A stretch of 64,000 nucleotides of DNA from NCBI GenBank assembly GCA_951406725.2, contig OX597816.1, positions 128,836,001-128,900,000 on the forward strand. The letters run 5' to 3'. A model generated the notes under the pieces. That model saw nothing but the letters and a program-made list of their open reading frames with translations, was not told the DNA's origin and did no database searches. A program made the position numbers and the translations under genes. The DNA comes from Octopus vulgaris (lineage: Eukaryota). Below are positions 14,297 through 28,351 of this stretch, piece by piece (the stretch's first letter is position 1; each line of letters begins with the position of its first letter).

Positions 14297-14440
14297 ATTG
14301 GCTTCTCTCAGTTTCTATCTACCAAGTCCACTCACAAAGCTTTGGTCCACCAAATGCTATAGTAGAAGACACTTGCTCAGAGTTCTATGCAGTGGGACTG
14401 AACATGGAACTATGTGGTTGGGAAGCAAGCTTCTTACCAC
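14297..14440 (-). mobile_element. SINE family A head (partner tail at about 12885-13045)
   Basis: Reverse complement of the family A head. Confidence 0.75.
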
Positions 14441-15120
14441 TCAGCGATGCAGTGAAATGAAAATCAAAAATATGAGCACTACATTACAACATTTTTATAA
14501 CCTTTACAGAAATAATTATCTATTGAGAACAAGCTTCACCACTTTGGTGCATGTTTAGCCAATTGGCAAAGAAAGCACAGAAGTCATTGGAGGTCTTTGT
14601 AGATTTTTTTTATTTGTTTTATTCATTTACTGCTTGTTTGTCTATTTATTAGTTTTTTTGTGAGAGTAGCTTGTAGTATTTCACTCCAAAACCTACCTTT
14701 TGTACTGGAAATAACAAAATCACTTTATCATCAATGAAGATACCATTTTGGAGGGAGAGGGTTGGAACGAAGGAAAGGGGGATAAGGGAAGATGTTGGAG
14801 GCAAGGTGTTGGGGAAGGATATCAGGAGAAGAAGATTGTATGTTGTTGGCTTTTGCATTTGTTTTTTTTTTTAATTCCTTTCAGCCACAAGAGATTTGTG
14901 GAACTGAACTATCTTTGGTTCCAGCCCAGTGCAATTTTTCAGAACAGTTACTTTCAGTCACGATAAAAAAAAATATCTTGTAAATGAAAAATACAATAAA
15001 ATTAATAAACACTTCTATATATATATATATACTTTGATAGGTTTCGGCCATATATATATACTTTGATAGGTTTCGGCCATTATTGGCCCAGGCCACGTCT
15101 AACTTAATAGCACCACCTGG

Positions 15121-15176
<56 letters not shown>

Positions 15177-15285
15177 CATGTGTACCCACACAAATACACA
15201 CACACCCATATATATATTTGTGGTGTACCTGAGCACTGTATACAATAATTTCATTATTATTATAAATATATATATACATACATAC

Positions 15286-15336
<51 letters not shown>

Positions 15337-15533
15337 TATTTATCTAGGTATGATCAACTAACATCTATGTTCCATGCCTTCCATGCTGGTATGCATGTAT
15401 ACATACATATATACATACATGCATATACATATGTATATATATATGTGTGTGTGTATATATATATATGTATGTATATATACATACACACACATATATCCAT
15501 ATGTATACGGGCATATGTATATGCATGTGTATG

Positions 15534-15569
<36 letters not shown>

Positions 15570-15570
<1 letters not shown>

Positions 15571-15975
15571 GGCACAGGAGTAGCTGTGTGGTAAGTAGCT
15601 TGGTTACCAACCACATGGTTCTGGGTTCATTCCCACTGTGTAGCAGCTTAGGCAAGTGTCTTCTACTATAGCCTCGGGCCGATCAAAGCCTTGTGAGTAG
15701 ATTTGGTAGACGGAAACTGAAAGAAGCCTGTCGTGTATATGTACATATATATGTATGTGAGTGTATATGTTTGTATGTCTGTGTTTGTCCCCCCCTCCAA
15801 CATCACTTGACAACCGATGGTGGTTTGTTTGCATCCCTGTAACTTAGCGGTTTGACAAAAGAGACCGATAGAATAAGTACTAGGCTTCCAAAGAATAAGT
15901 CCTGGGGTCAATTTGCTCGAGTAAAGGCAGTGCTCCAGCAAGGCCGCAGTCAAATAACTGAAACAAGTAAAAGAG
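15570..15975 (+). mobile_element. SINE family A, full length
   Basis: tRNA-like head, central (TG/TA)n, tail ending GACTGAAACAAGTAAAAG-like. Confidence 0.9.
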
Positions 15976-16129
15976 AAAGAGAAAGATGTATATCTTAAGC
16001 ATATAATAATAAGAATATAATTATATAAATATAACTATAATTAAGGGTGCTGGAACATAATCATTTTAATGATTATCTCCTCAGTTTATAAATATATATG
16101 TGTGTTTGTGTGTATATATGTGTGTGTGT

Positions 16130-16131
<2 letters not shown>

Positions 16132-16208
<77 letters not shown>
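16132..16208. repeat. (GATA)n microsatellite
   Basis: Directly visible. Confidence 0.95.
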
Positions 16209-16209
<1 letters not shown>

Positions 16210-18589
16210 ATGCATGTATTATAATTTTTAACATGCCTTATTGCATTTTGAAGGAACAAAATCAGGAGAAAGCTTCCTGCTGGAAGATAAAGTGAAAGAC
16301 AATCTCTCTTCAGTTACCTTATTTTGTTGTTTTTCACTTTCTTAATAATCCTATTATTGTAGTTAATACATTAACTACAATAATAATGATGGTGGTGATG
16401 ACAGCAATCACAACAACAATGACAAAAGTGGCAGTGGTGGCAATGGTGGCAGAGGTGGTTGCAATGGTGGTTGTGATGCTGCTGGTTGTGGTGTCTTTGA
16501 CAATAATGTTGAGGTAGTGATGAAGGTAATGAAGGGAAAAGAGATGGCAATTTTGTTGTTGTTGTTGTTATATTTCCTGTTGCTGTTGTTGTTGTTGCTG
16601 CTGCTTCTGTTGTTGTTCTTTTATTTTTAAATAAACCACCTTTTGTTTTTCTGACAATAAAAATATGTAAGTTCACCAACCATGGACATTAGCCTGCTGA
16701 GAAGCTTTGTGTTTATTCATATTCTTCTTCTCTTTTAGCCTTTTGATTTGCATCAATAGTAAATAGACTGATAAATAGACAGAATTTCCTTTTCACTTTT
16801 CATGTTACACAGGAAAAAAGAAAAATTAAATAAAGAAGATGAGGCCTTCACTAATAAGCTACAGTTGGGTTAAGATAAGAACATATAATCCAGTTTGTAG
16901 ATTCTGTAATGGAGCTTTTACTAAAGGAAAAGAAAGATAGATGGAAAAAGCTAGTTGGGTAGGGAATTGTTTTAAGGGAATTTCTTTGTAACAAAGAATT
17001 AATAAACCAAAAACTACACTGGGTAGTGTTTATATCTGGGTATCTAGACTTAGAAAAGGATGGAGAAGCAGCTGTAAAGAGAATGTGTATTATGGTTGAT
17101 TAGATGGTAAAAGAAAAGGAAATTTCTTTAAAGCTGTTACTATTTAAAATTTTTTTGTGTGCATGTAGTAGTATTTTTGACAAGACAAATGGACAATCAA
17201 TGATCTTTGATTCCATGACCACAGTTAAATGGCTTACTAATAACAATATACTACCAATTTCCTATCTTAGCGATAGAAATAGTTTCTCACACATTTCCCC
17301 CATAAAATCTTGATTGCTTATAAAACAATATTAGAAGTCAATTTATTTGTATTCCCTACAACTGTGTATTAGTAAATGTTTGCACGTACCAAGAATACAC
17401 AAATGAATTGAATAAGTTTCTTAGCTCAAAGGGATTTCTTTCTATTCATGCATGTGACTTGTGTCTCATTTATAACTCTGTTGACGAATACCAAACTACG
17501 TCTGATATTCTTCTTTTTTCTTTTTTTAATTATCATGGCTACATTAATAATAACAATATTATCAAATATTGACTATAAATCCTAGGCACAGAAAATAATA
17601 TTACATGTGATTTAAGTGGTTTTTATATGAAAGAGCCAATCATTAGTAAATCAAATATTTTAAGTAGAGAGAAAAGAAAGGCCAGTAGAAAGATTTTGGA
17701 ATATATATATATTGACAACCTTTTGACAAATGTTAAATATTACAGCTCTTAGAGATACATACAATATTAATGATACAGTTATTAGTCACTTAAGGCACTA
17801 CTTGTCAACATAACAATACCATTGTAATATTAGTGTTGCTTTGTACTGAAAAGACCATGTCAGATATGCTCGAACACTTCAATATTTTTCTGGTTCCACT
17901 ATTGGTTTTTCTTTCTATATTTTTTCCTTTTGTTTTTCTGTTTCTTTTCTTCTTCCTACTTTCATTATTCTAATTTGTTCTTCTTCTTTTGTTTCCATTC
18001 TATACAATATCTATAGAGGAATATTTCATTTATTCAAAAATCAGTAATTCTATGAAACAGAATTCCATTACAATTTTCCTTTTAAATTGTGTTGTATTTA
18101 ACATTTTATTGAAATTCTTTTTGCAAAAGAGAAGAACAATAATTGGTTTGATGATAACAATGAATAAAGATTTAAAAGACCTCCAGCAGACAAAGTTTAG
18201 ACAACACAGACCCTTCTCAAATTAGCCTTCCATCACCTACAAAAAATGCTGTGTTTGGCATTATTCTGAGCAAGCTAAGGAAGATGACAGACCCATGATT
18301 GCTAAGCAAAAAGCAGAGGAGATACAGTACAATGTATCTAGTTGATTCAATTAGTTATTATTCTCTATAGGTTGATCTTAAACACACACATCACATGGTT
18401 GTATACACTCACATACACATAAACAAACACACTTAGGCATAATCATATACACACAAATGTACATAAATACAGAATTCCCAGGTAAGTATCACTAACATTA
18501 ACATCACCATCCATATAGGCTTGTAAAGACTAAGGACAACGTTCTTACTTCTTCTCTTCTTTTCCACCTCAAGCTAAATAATTCTATCT

Positions 18590-18790
18590 ATTATAGGCAC
18601 AAAGCCTGAAAATTGTGGGAGGAGGATAGTCGATTACATTGACCTCAGTACTCAACTGGTACTTATTTTATCAACCCTGAAAGGATGAACGGTAAAGTCA
18701 ACCTTGGTGATATTTGAACTCAGAACGTAGTGATGGACGTATTATCGCTAAGCATTGCGTCCAGCATGCTAACAATTCTGCCAGTTTACA
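18590..18790 (-). mobile_element. SINE family B
   Basis: GGTACTTATTTTATCAACCCTGAAAGGATGAA is the reverse complement of the Nin-like domain. Confidence 0.8.
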
Positions 18791-20783
18791 ACCTTCTCCT
18801 CAAGCTAAATAATAAAACCACAAAAGCTCACATCAATGCTCATACACACACACACATCATGCTTTGAGTGATTAAAACCATTCAGTCAATAGGTTTTTGA
18901 TGGGATTTTGTTTCAGTCATAACATTGGACCAGAGATAGATACATATGAATAATATCAGAATTTTTAGGTCCATCCAACCCAATTCAACATTAAAAAAAA
19001 ATTCATATCAAACAAACTCATATATTGCCAAATTTATGCATTTTGGTGCATTACTGGAGATGATAATGGTTCTGTCTTGATAGCATATTCTTCACTTGCA
19101 TATTCATGAGATGTCATTCTCATATCATATACTGATATATACATTTACACCACACACACACACACACACACACAAATGCACTCAAATAGACACACATACA
19201 CACACATATGTACACATGTATATATTTTTTAAACATATTCAGAGGCATCATATCTTGAAATCTTCTTTAAATCTAGATTTATGAGAAAATTGAAACAAAG
19301 AAAAAAAAACAAAAATCTGTTTATTACAAACTAATTATCTAAAAAGAACTAATCTGATATACAGGTTTTTATGTGCTACCATAATCTTAATTCTTTGTAT
19401 TATCTAAACATAGAAATAAATCAACTTCTTAAAGAAATTACAAGAAATTATGATAAGAAGTGGGTAAAAGCATAGAGAAAAATAAACGATATTCTTTCAG
19501 AAGAATATACAAGATCAATTTAAGCAAAATTTCTGTTGTTTGTTTTATTAAGATCTTTCAATAGTCCCATCAGTTTTGTGTATTTTACAGACAACTAAAT
19601 ATTTTCAGAACAAATTCTTTTCTATTATTTTTACCAATCTTATACAAACTCTCGTTTATAACACAGAATTCTACAATAGTTATTATTAGTATTATTTTAT
19701 TATTGTTTTTTAGGATAAATCAGAATCTCATATGTAAGCAAATTGTTTTGTTTCCTCCCCAAAATACTTATTTCTGTGTGGTAAAGGTCATGTTGTCAGA
19801 TGTAGTGAAAAGAACATTAAAAAATAATTAGAATTTTTGTTTTTTTAATCTTTTAGTCAGGATCTCCAAGGTTGGTGAAAGTGAAGGAAGAATTTATTCT
19901 CAAACCAGTGGTTTGGCCTGAATATATGAAACAGAATGAGTCTACTGAGGATGGCAAGAGGTGGTGTTAAACCAGGTAACAGATTAAATCTACCACTTAA
20001 GATTTATGTGGTGAGAAATGAGAACACTATTAGTTGATGACTAATATCATTTTAATTACTCTACAAATATGGGAGGCAATTCCACACATGTTCTGATCTT
20101 ATTCTTATCTCATCAGCAAATCACATACTTCACTATACTTATCAACATAATGAGAGAAGAATCACTACATAAATTTAGTTGACTCATGTACTTGACCCCA
20201 AAATAATTAAAACAGAATTAAGTGTTTACCATATTTAAATTTCTGCTTTTGATGGGGTTTTTTTCCCCTTTGCTGTATAAATGTTTCTACTAATCTATAT
20301 TACATATATTACCACAAACATAACAATTATTTTTCATGTGGATAGCACCTCTGAGTAATTAATTTTATGCAGTTTAGTTCACTTAACTGTTGTAAATAGG
20401 TACCAGATTTTCAGTGAAGATTATATTCAGTAGAATGCTAGACTTTTCAGCAGATTTACCACTCCTTTACTCACAGGAAATTGAAGCTAAGCATTAACCA
20501 TTATGATTCTGTTGAAATTTTGTTTTCAGATTTTTTTTCTTGTTCAGATATGATTTAACACCAACAAATGGTTTTCCAATTTTAACTTCCTGCTTTTTCA
20601 CTCTTGATTAGTTTTAATGTCTATATTTTGTTCATTTGACTGTGGAAATTAAGTTAATTAGTATAGCTAATAAGTTAATAAGTATAGTTAGTTTAGTTAA
20701 TAAGTTAATTAGCACAGAATGTTTTAGACTAATTATTTCATCAGTTAAATTTTCTTCAAGTAAACATACATGCATGTGTAAAC

Positions 20784-20821
<38 letters not shown>

Positions 20822-21179
20822 CGACACATACATACACCCAGATTGAATCGCACTTACACATATGCACCACACCTACAGACATACACATGTACATGCACAC
20901 ATATACTCACACACTTTTATATATATAGATATCTACTCTACTACCCTGGCACGGAATATGAATAGAACTTCTTATGAATGGGTAACTGAGCTGCTGATTT
21001 TCAAGTAGATATATAGTTGTCAGAGAAATGGATAAATTAATTGAGATAGTCAGAGTATATTATAAAATATGTGATAGCTACTGGAAATATGACAACAACA
21101 GTGATCTCTGCATTTGTATTGCAATCATGACTGGTTGGTGTACAAAAGAACCATTTCTATAAAGCCCACATGCAGACAT

Positions 21180-21450
21180 GTTTTTCCTCAATCTAGTGAC
21201 AGGGAATTAAGCATCAGCATGTCTTTATGATCCAAACACAAAGTTTCAGTTTATGGAAGGGTGGCATATCTTTTCTCCAAGGCCCTAGAAGTTCAAAATC
21301 CAGTGATTAACACAGAAAGTCATCGTGGCTGCTTTGGGAGATGATGAGAGCATGATCCTTCCTTGATTTTTTGGAATGTGGCTGTATCCTAAACAGTGAG
21401 CAGTACATTGAGACACTCAAAATACTTAGAGATGCTATTAGAAGGAAGAG
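21180..21450 (+). mobile_element. Mariner transposase relic
   Basis: Translates across frameshifts to YDPNTKFQFME..SPRP*KFK..KVIVAALGD..DFLECG..LNSEQYIETL..LRDAIRR, resembling the mariner YDPETK..SPRPKKFK..KVMATVFWD region. Confidence 0.7.
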
Positions 21451-21519
21451 ACCAACCCAAAATCTGAAAACAACCCACATTCAATAAAACTTGCACTTCA
21501 TTTGTTATGATAATTAGGA

Positions 21520-21800
21520 ATCCAGTTGGTCTGATAAACAGAACAGCCTCTTCTTAAAATAAGTGTGTAAGCAGCTGAGTACACCACAGACACACATATC
21601 CTTAATGTAGTTCTCAAGGAAATTTAGTATGACACATGGCTAACTCTTTGCAATACAGGTACTACACATTTTTGCCAACTGATTGAACTGGAGCAACATG
21701 AAATAAAGCATCTTGCTCAAGGACACAATACAACATCACGAATTGAACCCATGAGCCTATGATATTGAGCTGAGTACCTTAACCACTAAACCATGCACCT
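21520..21800 (-). mobile_element. SINE family E
   Basis: Homologous to 44770-45060. Confidence 0.75.
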
Positions 21801-22099
21801 TCATCTATATTCAACATGACAATGCATGACTTCACATTTTGACTACAAATCAGGCAATCTACAAAGAGGGTTAGCCTGTGGGTCCCCATCCACTATAATG
21901 ATTATAAACCTTCTGATGCTTACATAACATATTTATGATAATTGCTTTGAATTGCTTATCTGTTATATTGTTACTATTGTTACTTCCACTGCCCTTTGAT
22001 ACAAAGAGCTTCTACAAGTTTCTAATTCAGCTTATTTCCAATCAGGATCTATTTTTTCAGAGCCAATGGAATGCAAAGCATTGGAATACAACACTTCAC

Positions 22100-22480
22100 C
22101 AATATCTCCTTCGAGTAAACCCACTAACAGAAGAGAATATGACTAAGAACTGCATGTACGCCATCCCATGTAGCTGTGGTAGGTTATACAAAGGCAAAAC
22201 ATGCTGCCCCCTCAAAATAAGATTAGAGGAACATCACAAAGCTTTGACACAGGTAGATATTGATAAATCTGGTATAGCTGATCATGTATAGAAAAGGGAA
22301 ACCACCTCTGCCTGTGGGATGAAGTTAAAATAATAGACAGAGAACACCACTGGAAAATACAAAAACTAAAAGAAGCAGCACATATGCTAGGACACCACAA
22401 CCTCCTAAGCAGACCGAGTGCAGATATGAGTAGCATATGGGAACAGGTATTAAGGGAGGCTAGGAAAATATTAGATTTTT
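22100..22480 (+). mobile_element. Penelope-like element, GIY-YIG endonuclease 3' end
   Basis: NCMYAIPCSCGRLYKGKT..LKIRLEEH..KSGIADHV*, then WDEVKIIDREHHWKIQKLKEA; one in-frame stop. Confidence 0.9.
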
Positions 22481-22512
22481 TAGGCCTTTATATTCACTCC
22501 ATAATTGCCCAT

Positions 22513-22578
22513 GGGTCATATGGCATAGTGGTTAAGAGTGTGGGCTACTAACCCCAAGATTCCGATTCCAGGCAGTGA

Positions 22579-22582
<4 letters not shown>
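22513..22582 (+). pseudogene. tRNA-like sequence (Pol III-type head), T arm damaged
   Basis: A box TGGCATAGTGG 22521-22531; acceptor-like GGTCA/TGACC; GGG-CTACTAA-CCC arm; B box remnant CGATTCC. Confidence 0.6.
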
Positions 22583-22637
<55 letters not shown>

Positions 22638-22655
22638 GTAATAATAATAATACTA
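22583..22655. repeat. (AAT)n microsatellite
   Basis: Directly visible. Confidence 0.95.
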
Positions 22656-22708
22656 ACAACATCGGAAAATACTTTAGGAATGAGAACCTAGGTTTGAAAT
22701 TTCCCCAA

Positions 22709-22751
22709 GACACCTGATGAAGGCTGGAGGGTATATCAGCCGAAATGTGTT
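22709..22751 (+). ncRNA. Minimal type I hammerhead ribozyme, damaged at helix III/cleavage site
   Basis: GACAC-CTGATGA-A-GGCTG(10 nt)CAGCC-GAAA-T-GTGTT; helices I and II pair; about 3 nt missing after GAAA. Confidence 0.75.
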
Positions 22752-23084
22752 AACAACAAACAAGATGAGGACAAATATTTGTCAATTGTAAATAATGTAA
22801 ATAATGTACATAATTCCTCATCTCTTAAATATAGAACTGTATTAAGTTATATGTTGGTCTGTATGCCACGTCTGACATCAATATCGTTGAGCTTTGCAGC
22901 AATTTTCTTCTTTTTCCACTGTAATGTTCTCAGCAAATGAGGCTTTGGTCCTCTACTCTCTCTAACATCAAGGAATGTCTGTTGTGCTGCTTGACTACAA
23001 CCAAAGCATATGACCCTCTCCCATATTTCTTCATCTTTATATGAGACTTTTGTTGTCTTGAAATACATCATTTCTTACATAATC

Positions 23085-23240
23085 AGGCTGGGTTGTGTGT
23101 TAAGAAATTTGCTTTCCAACTACATGCCTCTGGGTTCAGTCCCCACTACATGGCACCTTGGACAAGTGCTTTCTACAATAGCCTGGGGCTGACCAAAGCC
23201 TTGTAATTGGATTTCATCAACAGAAACTAAAAGAAGCTCA
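23085..23240 (+). mobile_element. SINE family A head
   Basis: GGGTTCAGTCCCC...GGCACCTTGGACAAGTG. Confidence 0.75.
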
Positions 23241-23474
23241 TATGAGTGGTGGATGTGTGTGTGTGTGTGTGGCAGGTGGCATGGGGGCATGATTCCTTGT
23301 ATTGAGACTATGTAGTTGTTGTGAACAAGCATTACCATTATACAAAAGTTGTCCTTCATTTCCAATCTTCTCGAAAAATATGTCCAGTTATGGGGGAATA
23401 TTTATTATCTTGCTTGGAAACAAATGAGAGTTGGTGACAGGATGAACGTCATTGAAATATGAACATTAAAACAA

Positions 23475-23485
23475 TGATGATGACA

Positions 23486-23528
<43 letters not shown>

Positions 23529-23598
23529 CGACGACGACGACGATGAAAATGATGACCATGATGATGGTGATGATGATGAAGATGATAATGATGATGAT
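23475..23598. repeat. (GAT)n/(GAC)n microsatellite
   Basis: Directly visible. Confidence 0.95.
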
Positions 23599-23747
23599 TT
23601 ATATACACATATATATGTGTTCATTCATGCATGTTTAAAAACTGATTTCTATGGTTTGCTTAGTTACTTCGTTTACCTTGTATTTAGTCTCTTTATCATT
23701 TTATAATAATTCTGCTTGTCATTGCATTACTGAGCCCATTGGTGATA

Positions 23748-23990
23748 CTTTCATGTGATTAGAGAAAAAGAGAGAGAAAGAAAAGAGGGAGAGAGAAAAA
23801 AAAGAGAAAAAGAGGGAGAGAGAAGCATCCATGACATGAGGTAGAGGGAATGTAATTGTAATGCTTTCATGTGATTAGTTGAAGGGAAAGAGAGGAGAAA
23901 GAAAAAGAGGATAAGGCGAAAAGTGAGAAAGAAAGAGAGAGAAAAAGACGGAGAGAAAAGTGTCCATGATGTGAGGTGGGGGGAATGTAA
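23748..23990 (+). repeat. Diverged tandem duplication (about 120-bp unit) in purine-rich sequence
   Basis: TTTCATGTGATTAG...TCCATGAyrTGAGGT...GGAATGTAA occurs twice. Confidence 0.75.
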
Positions 23991-25179
23991 TAATTTTAGC
24001 AGAGGGGAGATGTTCTGATGGTGTGGTTAAAAAAAAGGCAGAGAGAGAGAGAGGAGTGAGACAGAGAAAGGGAAAGGGGGGAGAGAAAGAGGAGAGAGGA
24101 GGTAGAGAGGGAGGCAGAGAGAGATGGTGGTAGTGGTGGTAGAGATGGAGATGGTGATGGTGACAATGGAGGTGGTGATTGGACAGTGAAAAGTGTACTT
24201 GTTTTTAATTGAACTCAGTTTTTTCTATCACCTATCACTCAATGCACATACATAAGTACAATTCCATGAAATATTTATGCTTATTTATGTGGCAGATAAA
24301 TGCAATTTCAAATTTCATTAAAGGTTGTATCATATGTATGGGTTTTGTCTTTTTGTTTATAGGAAAAATGGTAAAATAAGAGTGAGTATTTTGTGAGTGC
24401 TTTGTATTAAGTCTATAAATTGTGCATAAAGTATATAAAGTGTATATATAAAGTGCATTAAATAATCATTGTATTTCAATTTCCTTCACTTTTCAATGAT
24501 TAGCAGATGAGCAACTATCTTTCCATACAGATGCAACACGGACTATGTTTTCAGGTTTTTGGGATAAAGTTTTCAGGAATAACCCAATAGGTTTACCATT
24601 AATTTTGTGAAATATGTTGGGTTTAGCTTGGAGAAACTTGGTTTGTCCATTCCTTAACCAAAAAAGTAAATAAATAAATAAGATAACAGATAAATAATAA
24701 TAAAATTAAATTAGAGCTTCTTGTTCTTTTTACAATAACAAAATACTGCAGCATCTCTCTGTTGGAATTAAATTTAGCATAAAGAGGTATTGACAATTCC
24801 GCTAGTATATTTCTGATAAATATACCTAGCAAAGATGAAGATAAAGCTGTTAATATTATTACAAGAGAAATATGTTACATAGAAATAAAATTTCTCTCAC
24901 CCAAGAAGTTGACTTTCAAGGTAAAAGTTGAATATTAAAAATGAAAAGAAAAGCAAAATTTACCCTTAAAATATTTGTGTTTAAATCAATATGCTTTTAT
25001 TTCTTTTTAAAATCTTATTGTTGTTTTTTGTTCATTCATTCATTCATTCAGTCTTCTTCTTCTTCTTCTCCTTCTTCTTCTCATAACCAATATTTTGTTG
25101 TGACAAACTAAAGGCAAACCATATTAAACTGACTGTTTGTTTTAGTTTTAATTCTTATGGAATGTAAACAGTAACACAT

Positions 25180-26172
25180 TCATATATATGTGCATGTGTG
25201 TGTGTTTATATATGTATATCTCTCTCTATATATATATGTATATATATATATGTGTGTATATATATATATATGTATGTATGTATGCATGCATGTATGCATG
25301 CATGTATGTATGTGTGTATGTATGTATGCATGCATGTATGTATGTGTGTGTGTATGTATGTATGTATATGTGTTTACGGAAAATGAAGCCAAATTTTACA
25401 TAAATGTGTTATTCAAATTTATATTAACAATCATGTGTAGAGTTTTTGCTGTTTTTTTACTTAACTCTGTATATATGTATACGATCTGTTAATTTTCTTT
25501 TATGCTTAGCATATGTGCATGTGTGTGTTTGTGTTTTTTTATTAAATAACAATTATTGCTATGGTATAAGTGTAAAAAGCAAAATAAAATGTTGACAAGA
25601 ATATCTTAAAAACTTTCTTAAATTTTTTGGGGCTTTTTTTTTATTCTGCTTTTTGTTATTCATTTTATAAACTTTGAACAATAATTCCCACGAAAAGAAG
25701 AAATAAAAGGAGAAGAAGAACAAGAAAAAAACTAGCAAGAAAAAGAGATTTCAGATGAAAAATGGATTGTAACTGTTGAATTCTTCTAAGCTTCCAAACT
25801 AAATACTCTGCTCTCAACAACAAATCAATATTACTTTGAGAACCTGCTCTACTGGATCAATAAATCGATAGTATCAAGAAATTGCTGTATGCCATACTCA
25901 AAGGGTATACCCGCAGGGTTAGTTTTACTAAAGCATTCATCTTAGATATAGCTATGTATTTAGATATAGCTATGTATTTCTGTCTTCTTTATATTGTTTT
26001 GTTTATATTTTGTTTTCATGTATTTATTTTTTTAACAATTTGTTTTCAGTGGATAGGTTTCATTTCTGTATTTTAGTATATAAATATGCATAGTTCTGTA
26101 TATGTGCGTGTGTGTGTGTATGCATATATATATACATACATGTATATATATATATGTGTGTGTATATCTATC

Positions 26173-26210
<38 letters not shown>

Positions 26211-26376
26211 AATATACACACACACATATATATATACACACACATATATATGTACATATATAATAAATATATATACGTATATAAAATTCATGTATTTGTG
26301 TATAAAATATTACACACACCCACATCCATACCTATATATGCATATACATTTGTATATTAGTTAGTATATTATACGC

Positions 26377-26412
<36 letters not shown>

Positions 26413-26890
26413 CTAATTTTATGTCTGCATGTTAATGTAATTTTATATTATGCATTCACATGTATATATACACAAGTATGTATTAAACAGTCATAATTTT
26501 GCCCAATTACCCATTATACATATATTCATATGCTTATGCATTTCTATGAATATTGAAATGTGTAATTCTCCATATGCATTTATGTGCATACATATTTGTT
26601 GTGCATAATGTTGTTTGTTTTTCTTTTTGTCAATGTACTTGTATAGAAATTGCAAGCTCAGATGTTTCTGATTATCAGTACAGATTTACTAATATTTGGG
26701 CACATGCCTGCATATGTATTAGCGCACGGTTGTATTTTAAGTATTGAATGAATATGGATGTGATTGTCTACACCTGATGGAAGATATTCTCTCTCACCCC
26801 ACCCACCCCCCATCACATACACTGATCCATGCAAACATACATATACAAATACACATGTATATATTATATACATATATATGTATATGTGTA

Positions 26891-26940
<50 letters not shown>

Positions 26941-26945
26941 TACAG

Positions 26946-27020
<75 letters not shown>

Positions 27021-27046
27021 CATGTATGTATGCATGTATGTATGTG

Positions 27047-27082
<36 letters not shown>

Positions 27083-27154
27083 ATATATATATACCTATAC
27101 ATACATATATATATATATACACACACACATACATGTGTGTATAATATGTATCTT

Positions 27155-27192
<38 letters not shown>

Positions 27193-27200
27193 GTATGTGT
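25180..27200. repeat. Clusters of (TA)n/(TG)n/(TATG)n at about 25180-25372, 26095-26410 and 26830-27200
   Basis: Directly visible. Confidence 0.85.
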
Positions 27201-27399
27201 GTATGAATTGCTCAAATGACTTGAAATTGTGAGAATTCCTAGTTACATCAGTGCTGACAATAGGAAGAAAGGGTACTCAAAAGGAGGATGGTAAAGTATA
27301 CCTGATTACTATCAAGAGACTAGGAACACAATGTGAATACGATTGAGACACAAAATCACAATAAGCATCGTAATGCAGCTAAATGTCTTCTATACTAGA

Positions 27400-28130
27400 T
27401 AGCTAATCAGGAAAACAGGACACATAAGAATAAGAATGAAATGGAAAGCATTCTTTGTTGACAAAGGGCATCTAATTCTTCTGCAGAGGACAATCTCAGG
27501 TTTAAGTCAAGTAAAAATCCCTGACTCATAAAAGACTTAGAAAGATTTGTGCTAGACTTAATTAGACTTGTGAAAAGTGTAAGATTTAACAAAAGAATGA
27601 ATAAATTTTAGAACATACTAGAGATGTCTCTACACCACCTTCATAAGCTTAATAATATATTTGTAAAAGTAGACAAGACTAAAACCATATATGAGTCTGA
27701 CAGGCAGCCTTTTACTAAATTGCTATCAGACAACATTACGAAAACCTATAGAAAGAGCAATCCTAGAATGTACAGTGTAGTTCACAATAAGCAAAATACA
27801 TAGCTGCAAAATTTAATTTAGCTGACTTAATACAAGCAATCCATTTGTGTCTTCAAAGGATCACAAGGAAAACTTCACCCACAATTCTAGCTGCAGAGTA
27901 ATAAACTTTATGAAAAGTGAATTAGGTATTGTAAGCAAGAGAATACTAGATTCTACTATCTTATAAATTAGGTCAGCCTCTAATATTACACAATGGATAT
28001 GTAGCAGTGCTACAGTTGAGTCATTTGACTGTATAGCTGATAAATCGAACTGCAGATTTATATAGTTTCACATTGTAGAATTCAACTCATTGATTTCTTA
28101 AAATCTACTGCATGTCACTATTACATTGGT
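27400..28130 (+). mobile_element. Penelope-like element, N-terminal region and start of RT (decayed)
   Basis: FKSSKNP*LIKDLERFVLDLIRLVKSVRF; DKTKTIYE; NITKTYRK; FVSSKDHKENF; CRVIN..KSELGIVSKRILD; FI*FHIVEF (compare FDIVEFYPSI). Confidence 0.85.
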
Positions 28131-28351
28131 AATTTAGATGGGAAAAGACTGTTGATTTAATAGGCCCCTATGTTTTATGCAAGCTTCGAATGAAATAGAA
28201 AAGGCCAGCATAAGACTCTATGAAAACAAGAGTGGAATAGTGCAACAATAGAAATGGGTATGATATGGGCAATATCAGAGAGAAACTCATTAGTGCATTC
28301 AGTTAATTACATTTTGAAATTTGAAAGAAAAATATTACCTAAACAGGCAAT

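Noticed and set aside
15023-15120. Minus-strand GGCC-AATAAT-GGCC-GAAAC-CTATC, resembling the 3' half of an HHR (related sequence at 62890-62950)
   Set aside because: No CUGANGA upstream; better explained as the 3' UTR stem-loop and tandem tail of the CR1/L2 element
19938-19987. CTGAGGA-TGGCA..TGTT-AAACCAGGTA, possible HHR relic
   Set aside because: Needs several substitutions and an indel; a chance match is plausible
20648-20712. Short AT-rich repeats (TAATAAGTTAAT..)
   Set aside because: Simple local duplications; not a CRISPR-like array
22513-22582. Functional tRNA gene
   Set aside because: T arm and B box are disrupted and the context is a repeat; treated as a tRNA-derived head
25158-25190. 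TGGAATGTAAA, similar to the start of miR-1
   Set aside because: The match ends after 11 nt and there is no precursor hairpin
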